Source: Flaccisagitta enflata (lineage: Eukaryota). From it: DNA of 64,000 nucleotides. The translations under genes were made by a program, and so were the position numbers. A model generated the notes under the pieces. It had not been told where the DNA came from and did not search any database. It saw only the letters and a program-made list of their open reading frames with translations. Below are positions 15,908-26,342 of the stretch, in pieces. Location of the stretch: contig OZ231126.1 in the NCBI GenBank assembly GCA_965153355.1, positions 20,522,001 through 20,586,000 on the forward strand, read 5' to 3'. Positions within the stretch are counted from its first letter, which is position 1. Each line of letters starts with the position of its first letter.

Positions 15908-17834
15908 GCTTGCTTTTCTTGCTTTCTTTTTTGCTTTCTGTCTTTCCCATTATCATACTTATCAAGCAGGCTTTTTCCTGATTGTTCTTCAACTTCCTTC
16001 CCTTCAGCTCTCAATTGTTCTTCGTCGCTGAAGTCGGGAGGCACAATTTGGCTTGAGATGACGTAAGGGGATTGGGGCAGATCCATTTCCGGATCTTCCG
16101 TCATGATCATCGAAACTTCCTGTCATTAAAAACCTTTATTCTTTATACCGAAACATTGAGTACGAAGTAGTTAAGCTTATCAATACCAGTAATGGCGGCT
16201 GTCGCCGTGAGGAAAAAAGTCGTAAGCATTGGTCACTTTTCACCAAGCTTCTGCCTTTAGTCACTGCAAATCTTTTTTTTATTAGATCAAATCAAGAGCA
16301 ATTATATGTATTGATTGCACTGAAAATCAGTGAACAATAGGACTGAGCCAAATGAGCTAAATGAGCTAAAATGCTCAGAATCACTGAACCAGACAATCAG
16401 CTATGCTTACTGAAAAGCTTTCTTGTATTTACATGCTCCCATCAAAACATCTATTTATCTCATTAAAAATTGAAAAAAAAAACTGAGCTAAATGAGCTAA
16501 GTGAGCTAGAATGTTTAAAAACACCCTCACAGATGAGCAGATACGCTCACTGATATGCTTTTTCGTATCTGCTTTCTTAAACATGTATCAAAATATCTAT
16601 TCATTTATCACATTTAAAATAAAAAAAAAAACTGAGCTAACTGAGCTAAGTGAGCTAAATGAGCTGAAATGCTTAAAAACGCCCTCACAGATAAGCAGCT
16701 GTGCTCTAAACATGTTTTCTTGTATTTGCATGCTCAAACAAACATAAATACACTCTTTTATTGATCCTACACAAAATCGTAAAAAATCAAAAAAGATTTC
16801 ACTCGAATTTTTCATAAATAAATCTTTAAAAAATCATAGCGCGGAAAATATTTGTCGTAGAGAATTCTGCTTGGTGCCAAATGAAAGAGAATAATCAAAT
16901 TTACTTACCCTATAAATTTCATTGGAGGCCTCAATCAGCCGGATGAGATTCACAACTTCCTCATAAGAAAATGAAAACCCTGTTTCTCTCGAATATGTCA
17001 AAAAGTCGAAGACTGACTTCGACTTTTTTCCCGATAAACAAAAACTACTACTACTAGCTGAGTATTAGTAGAGTTCTAGCTGAAGTGCAATATTGAAGGA
17101 AAAGGAGTCTGAGGGTGATGACAATCGTTGTGATATTGCTGACCACCTGTCATTCTAACGTTTCATTACCAAATTGACGTCAAAACTGTGCTATCCTCGT
17201 CTGTTACGTCCCCACGCGCAATTCTCACCGGTTCCATTGGTTTTTCAAACGGCAGATGCTGCACCGGTGTACTGTTCAAGATGTCGGCGTATGGAAAAGT
17301 GGGACTTCTTCCGCGAGGGATATCCGCATTTTTCTTTATGACCAGCGGAGGTGATGCGAATCTCTCCAAAACATTTGTTTGCGCGACTTCTCGGCGTACT
17401 ATCTCTGGAGGCGGTAGGGTGACTGGTGTTGAAGCCATTAGCGCAGATGCAGTAATCGCCTTCTCCGAGGAAGTTGGTTGCGTTTTTTGTTTTGCCTCTT
17501 TCCCCGCGTGGTCAGGTTGTTTGTTCTGCTCATTTTGTTGATCTTCATCAAGTTCTTCTATCGATGATACGTCGCCCCGATTCAAAATCAAACTGTCCTT
17601 CATTCGAAAGTCGAACATGCCCCTCTTGGGAAAGGTCTTCTGAGTTGCAGCCTGCGTTCTGCCGACGGCATTTCTCTCGCTCATATGGCTTTTTGCGTTC
17701 GGTCTCTCTTCACCCTCCTCTGACGATTCTTCCTCTTCCATTTCTTCACAGTCTTCGGAAATGCGCGCCAGCTTGTCATCCTTGGTCTTTGCTCCTTTTC
17801 CTTTTTTTCCAGCGCCCTTTCTCCCGCGTTTCAT
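13501..17834 (-). CDS. Uncharacterised low-complexity, probably nuclear protein; 6 exons, about 753 aa
   Basis: Phase-compatible exons 17834-17170, about 17053-16909, 16119-15959, 15331-14617, 14299-14152, 13928-13501 with GT-AG sites. Basic NLS-like ends, acidic tracts, STP motifs. No family recognised. Confidence 0.65.
16175..16790 (+). repeat. Dispersed repeat with TGAGCTAA subrepeats (DNA-transposon end-like, TTAA-flanked)
   Basis: An inverted, diverged homologue lies at about 18945-19256 plus 24131-24402, split by the LINE. Confidence 0.55.
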
Positions 17835-18580
17835 TTTACATTCCACTTTCACATCGACAAATGTTCCATGGAAATTTACGATTCTTTATATTATCGAAAA
17901 TTTTCAGTGATCGTCACAGCTCCATTGTTTAAGGGATCCATACCAGCTACCGACTTGTTACATGCCTAATATCTTTGGCGATGGTTGTAAATGATTTCGA
18001 TTGTGCTAATCCTTGATCACCTGTTCCTTTATTTTTTCCAGAACGCGATTTGGTGTCACTTCTGGATACTGGAAGGATTTGAATATGCAAAGGATCAACC
18101 CTAGGGACATCAAGGCCGGATATCAAACAGCAGTAATGTTGTAAAGTTGGACATGGGCAGTACGTTGGGCGGGCTATGTGGCTGGATAGGGCCAAATATG
18201 CTCAAAAATCATGTTTTCTGCCGATGTTGCGTCATGCAGTATATTTCGCTTGACCGTCTGATACGGACGGAGACGTACCTCTTAGAGTAACCTGGTTTTT
18301 CAGCGTTTCATCGATTAAAACTTGCACATGACGTTGTTTTCATGAACTGTCATTATCTGTTTTTGCTGTATTGTTTTGATTTTATATCATATTCAGACAA
18401 ATGAAAAGATGAAGTTTTACCCGACTTACCCATTTCTTAGTCGCAAACAAACTATTCTCAACCCACTGCAGGAAGAATTGTTCGTTTATTATAGCAAGTG
18501 AGATAAGCGGGAGTGCATATTGTGAAGGAGCGGGAAGCGCCCCTTCTCGGAAGGGGAAGAAATTTGTCAGAATATCTCGA

Positions 18581-18656
<76 letters not shown>

Positions 18657-19256
18657 CTCTTATGTCTCTTTATGTCTCTTATGTATGTCTCTTCATGTCT
18701 ATGTCTCTTTATGTCTCTCCAAGTCCCTTCATGTCTCTTTTTGAGGATGAGGCAGGGGGGGAGGGGTGGTGAGGCGTGGGGGGGGGGGGATGGAGAGAGG
18801 AATCAGTTTATATTTTCCTCTTTATCTCTGAATCTTTAAATTTTTATATTCTTTTATCTTAATATCTTTATATCTTAATAATTTGTATGATAAGATCTTG
18901 CATCTAAAGAGGACGCATCTATTGGACATCTCTTGGCCTTGTTTTAATTTTGTGTAAGATCAATAAAGGAGTGCAATCAGTGCATCCAAGTTTGTTTGAG
19001 CATGCAATTACAAAGAAACCTGTTTATGAGCATAGCTGCTCATCTGTGAGGGTGATTTTGAGCATTTTAGCTCATTTAGCTCAGTCTTTTTTTTCTGATT
19101 TCAAATGCAATAAATGAATATATATATTGATAGACGATTAAGCAAGCAAATACAAGAAAGCATGTCAGCGAGTAAAGCTGCTCATCTGTGAGGGTGTTTT
19201 TAAGTATTCTAGCTCATTTAGCTTGCTCTTTTTTCTTGATTTCAAAGCAGGTAAAT

Positions 19257-22200
19257 CAAGATTCAAGATTCAAACAGTTTATTTCCCCGAAGGCGCATAT
19301 AACAGTAATATGAAGATGTATCAGCGGGGGAGGACCATGCCTAAGCCCTTCATGTCAAATAATGATATACTTTCTATGTTTTTGTTAAGGATATCGACGG
19401 GCTTGTTCATGTCGACCCTCTTGATTTCAATTACAATTGCAGGATACATATGAGATTAAAACAGAAAACACAAAACGCACAAGATCACATAATATCAGAA
19501 AACAATCAAGTGAATGGCTTGACTTACGAATACGTTGGTAAAATAAATAAGAAATATGTACAATAACTCAGCAACAAGGTAGTGGTAATAAATAAAAACA
19601 TGACGTACGAGTACGTCTAACAATAAAAATTCTGTAACATAAGAAAAAGGAATAAATAAGCGTCTATTAAATGTAATATTTTTTGTTTCCAAGAATTCCA
19701 TTGATGGTATAGAAGGCATTGTGAATTTTCTTAATTTTCATTTAGACTGACGCAAAGTGAAACAAACACCACCCATAATCAAAGCAGGATCAAATATGAA
19801 TATTGACTAATACCTGGAGTGGTGGCAACTGGATATATGATACCGATGTCAAAACAGTGATTCCACAGATAGTTAGTAGCCCAGCCCTCCCACAGAGAAT
19901 CCCTTGCCCCGTGGGTGCTGGTGTTCAGTCTACAATCAAGTTATCAGGAATTGCAAAATAAAGCTGCAGATAGGCTTTTTGAGACATTTTTAAATTTGTA
20001 AACATGAATAACAAATTTGTTTTCTTTATAACTTGCAAATTGTAAACACAGTATTAATGCGACCATGGCTGCATAAAATACAACCAAGGAAGGACAGTAG
20101 GTCCCATGAGGGACAATCAGTAAGACCATAAAGGTCGCCCATCAAGACAATGAAGTCTTGACGGAATCAGTAGGACTATAGAAATTAGAATGTGTTTAGT
20201 GAAGTGGTTTGTTTTTTGTCAGAGAAAGAAAAAAAAAAGTTTTATAGGGAAAACTTAATGATAACCTAACCTTACCTAGCCTAACCTAACCTTAACCTAA
20301 CCTAGCCAAACCAAACTGAGTTAGCTTGTGCTTGATACTGTAGTACTATGAGTGATGTTTCTTGTCTTTGCATCTAGGATTTGTACAATCACTTTTGTGG
20401 GCATATTTATTAAGTAGTGATTTTTTCAACTGTCTTTTGAAAAGGGCTTTCTGATCTATTTTTCTTAAGTCACTAATGGTGTTATTCCAAAGTTTAGGGG
20501 CAATAGCACTGAAACTATTAGAGGCGGCTCTGGATTTATAGTTGGGCACTTTTAGGTCAAGAGTACTTGGAGCCTGGCCCCTAAGATTGTACTCACAGAT
20601 ATACTGAGCGCTGCAAAGGTTCTGTATCTTTTTTGGTGCATGCTGGTAGAAGCAATCATGCATAAGCAATAAGCACTGCTGCTCATAGAGGTCATTAAAC
20701 TTTAGTAGTCCAAGTTGTTTCATTCTAGGTTCTGTATGGGCAGAGAAGTAGGACTTAGTTATTGTTCTTATTGCTCTTTTTTGAATATTTATAATTCTTT
20801 TTTTATTTTGGGCACTGCATCCGCCCCAAGCAGGCAATCCATAGAGCACATGTGGTTGAATGAATGAGTGGTAAAGAATTTTCAAGGTTGGAGGAGGGAG
20901 CAGGTTCTTTACTCTGTTTATCATGCTGTTGCTTCGAGCTATCTTGTTTGCTACATTAGTGCAATGCTTTTCCCAGCTTAGAGTACTATCTATGGTTATA
21001 CCTAAAAATTGTGCATCATCATAGATACCAAGTTTTTCTCCATCAAGGTAGATGTCAGGGAGCTTTTGATTTTTTGGTAGTGATTTTTTCCTAAAAATTA
21101 CTGTTTTAGTTTTCTTAGGGTTAAGTTTCAACTGGTTTGCTTTAAAGTAGTCATTTATGCCTTCAAGTTCTTGATTAAGATTGGACAAAGCTTCAAAATT
21201 ATTACCCTGTATTAACAGGTTGGTATCGTCAGCAAAGGTTACACACTTAAGGTTTGAAGCAGAAGGGAGGTCATTAACATACAGAAGGAAAAGAAGGGGT
21301 CCTAAGATGCTGCCTTGCGGAACTCCTGTTGATAATAGTAATTTAGAGCTACTATATCCATTAAGATCAACATATTGATAGCGATTACTAAGGTATGACT
21401 CAAACCACTTGAGAGCTGTTCCACGGATTCCGTAATGGTCAAGTTTTTCAAGTAAAATTGAGTGATTTAAGGTATCAAAAGCCTTACTAAGGTCACAAAA
21501 TACACCAATTGCATAGTTACCCATTTCGATACATTCCTCAATATTTTTAATGAAGTCAAGGGTTGCATGAGTGGTATTGTGACCTGTACGAAATCCATAT
21601 TGTGACTCAAAGAGAATCTCATACCGGACCAGGAACTCAAAGACCTTATTATAGATTAGTCGTTCTATGATTTTAGAAAATATTGGTAATAATGATATGG
21701 GTCTATAATTTTCATAGAGGTGTTTATCTCCTTTGAGTTTGTATACAGGTACAACTCTGGCTATCTTTCCGTTCTCTGGAAAAATTCCGGTTTTCTGAGA
21801 GCAATTAACTAAGTGTGCCAAAACTGGTGCCAAAATTTCTATGTCGCTTAGAATGATGTTTTGTTTAAATCCAGCAGAATCCTTACTGGTTTTAGGGGTA
21901 AACTTTTTACATACTTCTATGATATCATGGTGGGTAACATCATTTAGGAGGAGTGAATTTGTATTTCGTGAAGTGTGATTGTGTAGGTAATGTGATGGGC
22001 CATGGGTAGACTTGCCTACACTTGCATTTGTCTGTGGTCCCACTTGAGAATAATAATGATTTATGTTTTCTGCATTAGTTGATGGGTCCTTAATGATGGT
22101 TCCCTGATAGTGAAACTCAGTGGTTATATCTTCTTTATTGCTTAGTTTATTTGTTGCTTTTTTAATAATATTCCAATGTTTCTTTATGTTACCTGAGCTT

Positions 22201-24130
22201 TCAGCTATCTGTCTGTTTATGTATTCCTTTTCTGCTTTACGGATTTTTGACACAATTGCATTTCTAAGTTTTTTGTAATCTTCTCGTCTATGTTTCTGCT
22301 TAGCTAGTCTGTCTCTTCGTCTGATGTCAGCCAGTAAGTCTGAGTTCATCCAAGGTTCCCGATAATGACGGTTTGAGCTCTTTTTGAAGGTTTTAGTGGT
22401 CAAATTTCCATTATAATGAAACCCATACTTAGTTTGAATTATGTCATAGATTATGTTTGGATCATCTTGTTCAAAAACATTGTGCCAATTTTCTTGTTTT
22501 AGTCCGTTTTTTCTGAGTTGGTGTCCTTCCTGAGTAAAAAATGACTTTGTAAAAGATTCACGTTTGGGAATATTTTTTAGATTATTATTTAGGATCGTAA
22601 ATACTGGGAAATGATCAGTGTAACCGCTATTGCCAGCTATTTCTGTATCTACAATACCACTGATCAAGTGCTTTCCGTCTTTTGAGAAAATATGGTCAAT
22701 GAGCGTTGCACTCTGCTTTTTGATTCTTGTTGGTCTGACTATTCTTGGTATGAACTTATGATTAGTAATAATGTCGTAATAATTAGCAGTGGGTAGGTGA
22801 TTCTCATATTTTAGCAGATCCAAGTTGAAGTCGCCAGCTAGTATAACTTCATTATTTCTTTTGTCTGTAAGTGCAAGGAATTTCTCTAATTCAGAGATAA
22901 AGCTATCGTAGTTTTGTCCATTTGGTTGTCTATAGATACCCGCTATAGTCAGATCTCTCTTGGAGCCGTTTTTTTGGGTTGATACTATATTTGGAATATG
23001 TATGACAAGACATTCAAAATCGTGGTCTACAAACTCAATTTGCTCTAAAATCTTTGCCTTTGCAGAAATTGATTCGCTAATAAATATACCAACGCCACCC
23101 CCTTTTGTTGTTGTGCGTCCTTTATGAAAAAATACATATCCCGGCAAAATAGTTTTGAGTTCAGATTCGGTGTAGCCAGAATTTGATCTTTCAGTTATGT
23201 GTGTTTCAACTACAATGATTACGTCAGGCTTGTTGTTGGGGGTTGAAATATTGCTAATTAATAACCTAAGTGATCTCAGCTTGGTAAGAAGGTTTGCTAT
23301 GTTTAATGATAGAATGGTTAGGTTTTGGCTATTTTTAATGTCCCTATTTCTGATCATATCAACTAATTCAGATTCAGTGTAGTACAGACTATCCTGAATG
23401 ATAGAGTTACCTGCCTCATTCTCGTCATTATCATCAGTGAGCACATTGCAAAAATTCTTTTGATCGTCAGCTAAGACATCGGGTATTGTGAGCTCATCTT
23501 CTGTCATCTAAAATAAAATAATTTTGAGGCTAAAAAAAAAAGAAAGATGAATGATAGAGGGCTCTAAGTCCAAGAAGTTCCTCTTTACTGTTTTGCTAAG
23601 ATTGAAAATGCTAATAAAGGTAAAACGCTGTGTAAATGCCTGTGTTTAATAATGTTGTAGATGAGATGAGCGTTGCCCGCGAATTTGTTGCATATGAGAT
23701 TGACATCCTTATGTGAGTCTTCCGCGGAGTTTGTGGACTTGAGTTAATCGATGTGAGTTATTCGACGTGAGTTCATGCCGCAGTGAGTTTTTTCGCCGTG
23801 AATACGTCGCCATGTGGACGTCGCCATGAGAACATCGCCGCAGTTGTTTGGTCCGAGGTGCGGGGAAGGCGGAGGTTGGTTGAAGGGAAATTCGAAAGTT
23901 GTATGACGGCCTTCAGGGATTACCCGCGCAAGACCTGATTCAAAGCAAGAGGCAAAAGGGATTTTCATATTAGTTCACATGTTATGTATAATTTGTTTTA
24001 GCTGCAAGAAAAGGTTATGATGAACAAAAATGCAATAAATTGGCTGTCTCTGAAAAGTGAAAAAGTTCATGATTGAGTACGTTTACAGCGTTGCCTGTGG
24101 GAAGAAAGGATTAGTTTACAATATGAAATT
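19257..24130 (-). mobile_element. Non-LTR retrotransposon (CR1/L2 group, Crack/Daphne-like), inserted into the TGAGCTAA repeat
   Basis: Intact APE-RT ORF. The 3' end reads AATAAACTGT-(TTGAATC)n at about 19257-19284. The host repeat resumes at 24131. TAAAT flanks both junctions (19252-19256 and 24131-24135). Confidence 0.85.
20346..23507 (-). CDS. LINE ORF2: apurinic-like endonuclease plus reverse transcriptase (1053 aa, intact)
   Basis: APE motifs LNIANL, VETH, GGGVGIF, IYR, GDFN, LIDHIF, TDH. RT motifs NYRPISLL, QYGFR, DLSKAFD, GVPQGSILGPLLF, FADD. C-terminal CTNPRC. Confidence 0.97.
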   Translation of the reverse strand: MTEDELTIPDVLADDQKNFCNVLTDDNDENEAGNSIIQDSLYYTESELVDMIRNRDIKNSQNLTILSLNIANLLTKLRSLRLLISNISTPNNKPDVIIVVETHITERSNSGYTESELKTILPGYVFFHKGRTTTKGGGVGIFISESISAKAKILEQIEFVDHDFECLVIHIPNIVSTQKNGSKRDLTIAGIYRQPNGQNYDSFISELEKFLALTDKRNNEVILAGDFNLDLLKYENHLPTANYYDIITNHKFIPRIVRPTRIKKQSATLIDHIFSKDGKHLISGIVDTEIAGNSGYTDHFPVFTILNNNLKNIPKRESFTKSFFTQEGHQLRKNGLKQENWHNVFEQDDPNIIYDIIQTKYGFHYNGNLTTKTFKKSSNRHYREPWMNSDLLADIRRRDRLAKQKHRREDYKKLRNAIVSKIRKAEKEYINRQIAESSGNIKKHWNIIKKATNKLSNKEDITTEFHYQGTIIKDPSTNAENINHYYSQVGPQTNASVGKSTHGPSHYLHNHTSRNTNSLLLNDVTHHDIIEVCKKFTPKTSKDSAGFKQNIILSDIEILAPVLAHLVNCSQKTGIFPENGKIARVVPVYKLKGDKHLYENYRPISLLPIFSKIIERLIYNKVFEFLVRYEILFESQYGFRTGHNTTHATLDFIKNIEECIEMGNYAIGVFCDLSKAFDTLNHSILLEKLDHYGIRGTALKWFESYLSNRYQYVDLNGYSSSKLLLSTGVPQGSILGPLLFLLYVNDLPSASNLKCVTFADDTNLLIQGNNFEALSNLNQELEGINDYFKANQLKLNPKKTKTVIFRKKSLPKNQKLPDIYLDGEKLGIYDDAQFLGITIDSTLSWEKHCTNVANKIARSNSMINRVKNLLPPPTLKILYHSFIQPHVLYGLPAWGGCSAQNKKRIINIQKRAIRTITKSYFSAHTEPRMKQLGLLKFNDLYEQQCLLLMHDCFYQHAPKKIQNLCSAQYICEYNLRGQAPSTLDLKVPNYKSRAASNSFSAIAPKLWNNTISDLRKIDQKALFKRQLKKSLLNKYAHKSDCTNPRCKDKKHHS

Positions 24131-26342
24131 TAAATAGATATTTTGTTTTAGACGTGCAAATATGAGAAAGCATGAAAGTGAGCATAGCTGGTTGTCTGGT
24201 TGAGTGATTTTGGATATTTTAGCTCATTTAGCTTAGTCCTATTTCTCTCTGATTTTCAGTGCTATCAATACATTCAATTGCTTCTGATTTGATTTTACAA
24301 ATAAAAATAATTGCAGTGATTGAAGACGAAAGTTTGAAAAAAAAACAACGCTTACAACTTTTTTCTTCTCGGCGACAGCCGCCATTACTGGTAGTTTATA
24401 CCTTAAGTGAATATGAATTTTTTCATCAAGGCGATTTTTCAAAATCCATGAAGAACCTTTCTAAATCTTCAATTTTTCCCATTTTGGAGGAGTTTTGAAA
24501 ATGCCCAAATTTTAGTACGAAAAGGTCAATTAAGGCGATTCTAGGAGGAATCTCAAAAAAAGCCGGGATGAAAAAAAATTTACCCAAAGTATAAACCGCT
24601 ACCCAGAGTAAAGGAAAAAAAATATCAGTGTGGGCTCTAGGGGGGGTGCTAAAACTTTTGGTCCTTCCACACCTCTTAACAGTAAAGGCGGCTCTCGCCA
24701 ACCGGAAAAAAATCATAAAATTGTTTTTTTTTTCCTGTTTTTTCTTTCTCCTCATTTCATTCACAAGCCTCTGTGTGTGTGTGTGTGTGTCCGTATTTCT
24801 GTCTGTCTCTCACCCTCTCTTTCTCTATCCTTTGCTCCCTCCTTCTCTCCCTCCCTCCCTCTCTGCCTCTTTTCCTTCTCTCTCCTTCTCTCCCTCCCTT
24901 TCCCTCCCTCTCTTTTTCTCCTTCCCCCTCTCACCCCACCTCCCTCTCCCTCCTTACCTCCATCTCCCTCCCTCTCTTTACCTCACTCTCTCCCTCCTTC
25001 TCTCTCTCCTTCTTTTTCCTTCCCCCTTTCCCTTCCTCTCCCTCCCCCTCTCCCTTCCTCCCTCCCCCTACTTTTCCCTCCCTTTCCCTCCCTCTCCTTC
25101 CTTCCCTCCCTCTCCCTCCCTCAGCCCTCTGCGGAACTTATTTTTGTTGTTACTTAGGGCTCAAAATTGAGATCGATGAAAAATCCTGTCCCTCCTTCTC
25201 TCCCTCTCCTTCCCTCTCCCTCCCTCCCTCCCTCCCTCCTTCTGCCCTCTGCTGAACTCATTTTTTTTGTTACTAAAGGCCCAGAATTGAGGTTGATGAA
25301 AAATAAAGATTTTTGAAAAAAATGTGGAAAATATGAAAAAATAAAAAAATATTAAAAAATTTATCGTGCTTAAAGTATTGGTCCGACAGTGCCATGATTT
25401 TTTCCAGGTGTAAAAAAGTGTCCTCTTTCACCCTGTACCAATTTCAACCCCAGCCCCGGGCGAGCTTAGTCCTGCCCCAACTTCCCCAAATTATCGCAAG
25501 CGAAAAAGGGAAACATTAATTCCTTACCAAGGACATTTTTCGATTTTTTTCCCAATAACGGTTCCTTCTGTACAAAAAGATACCCTGAGACAGGAAAATA
25601 TGTGTCGGTTATTTATCAGAGAAAAAGTTTGCCTCTCGGAAGGTTTACAAAATATGAACGCCTGGAGACAAGGCATAACGCTCATGGGAATGTTTTGAAA
25701 TTCTCCTTTCTCTTCTTTTTTTTATTTTTTCTTCTTCTTCTTCTTCTTCTTCTTCTTCTACTTCTTCTTCTTCTTCTTCTTCTACTTCTTCTTCTTCTTC
25801 TACTTCTTCTACTTCTTCTTCCTCTCTTTTTCTTCTTCTTTTCTTCTTCTTTTCTTCTTCTTCTCCTTTTCTTCTCCTTTTCTTCTTCTTCTCCTCTTCT
25901 TCTCCTCTTCTTCTCCTCTTCTTTTCTTCTTCTTTTCTTCTTCTTCTCCTCTTCTCTTCTTCTCTTCGTCTTCCTCTTCATCTCTTCTTCTCCCTCATCT
26001 CTTCTCCCTCATCTCTTCTTCTTCTTCATCTCTTCTTCTTCTTCATCTCATCTTCTTCTTCATCTCATCTTCTTCCTCTCTTTTTCTCCGTTTTTTCTTC
26101 TTCCTCTTCTAAGTCTTCTAATAGGGTATGACTATATTTTTTTTACAACTATATTTCTATTTCTATTTCTATTTCTAATACCTCAATGAATTATTGTCTA
26201 GGCTCTAGCTAAACAAATCGCCGGTGCCACTCAAATCAAAGGATCGGATTCTTCCAGGTTTTATGCGATGTATCTACTTTTTGTCCGTACATTTCTAGCA
26301 AATGGTACTGAATGTTTTTCTTTATTTTTGGGGCGCAGAAAA

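Noticed and set aside
15354-15958. K/E/R-rich and F/L/S-rich ORFs
   Set aside because: Microsatellite intron bounded by a GTATGA donor and a CACAG acceptor in compatible phase.
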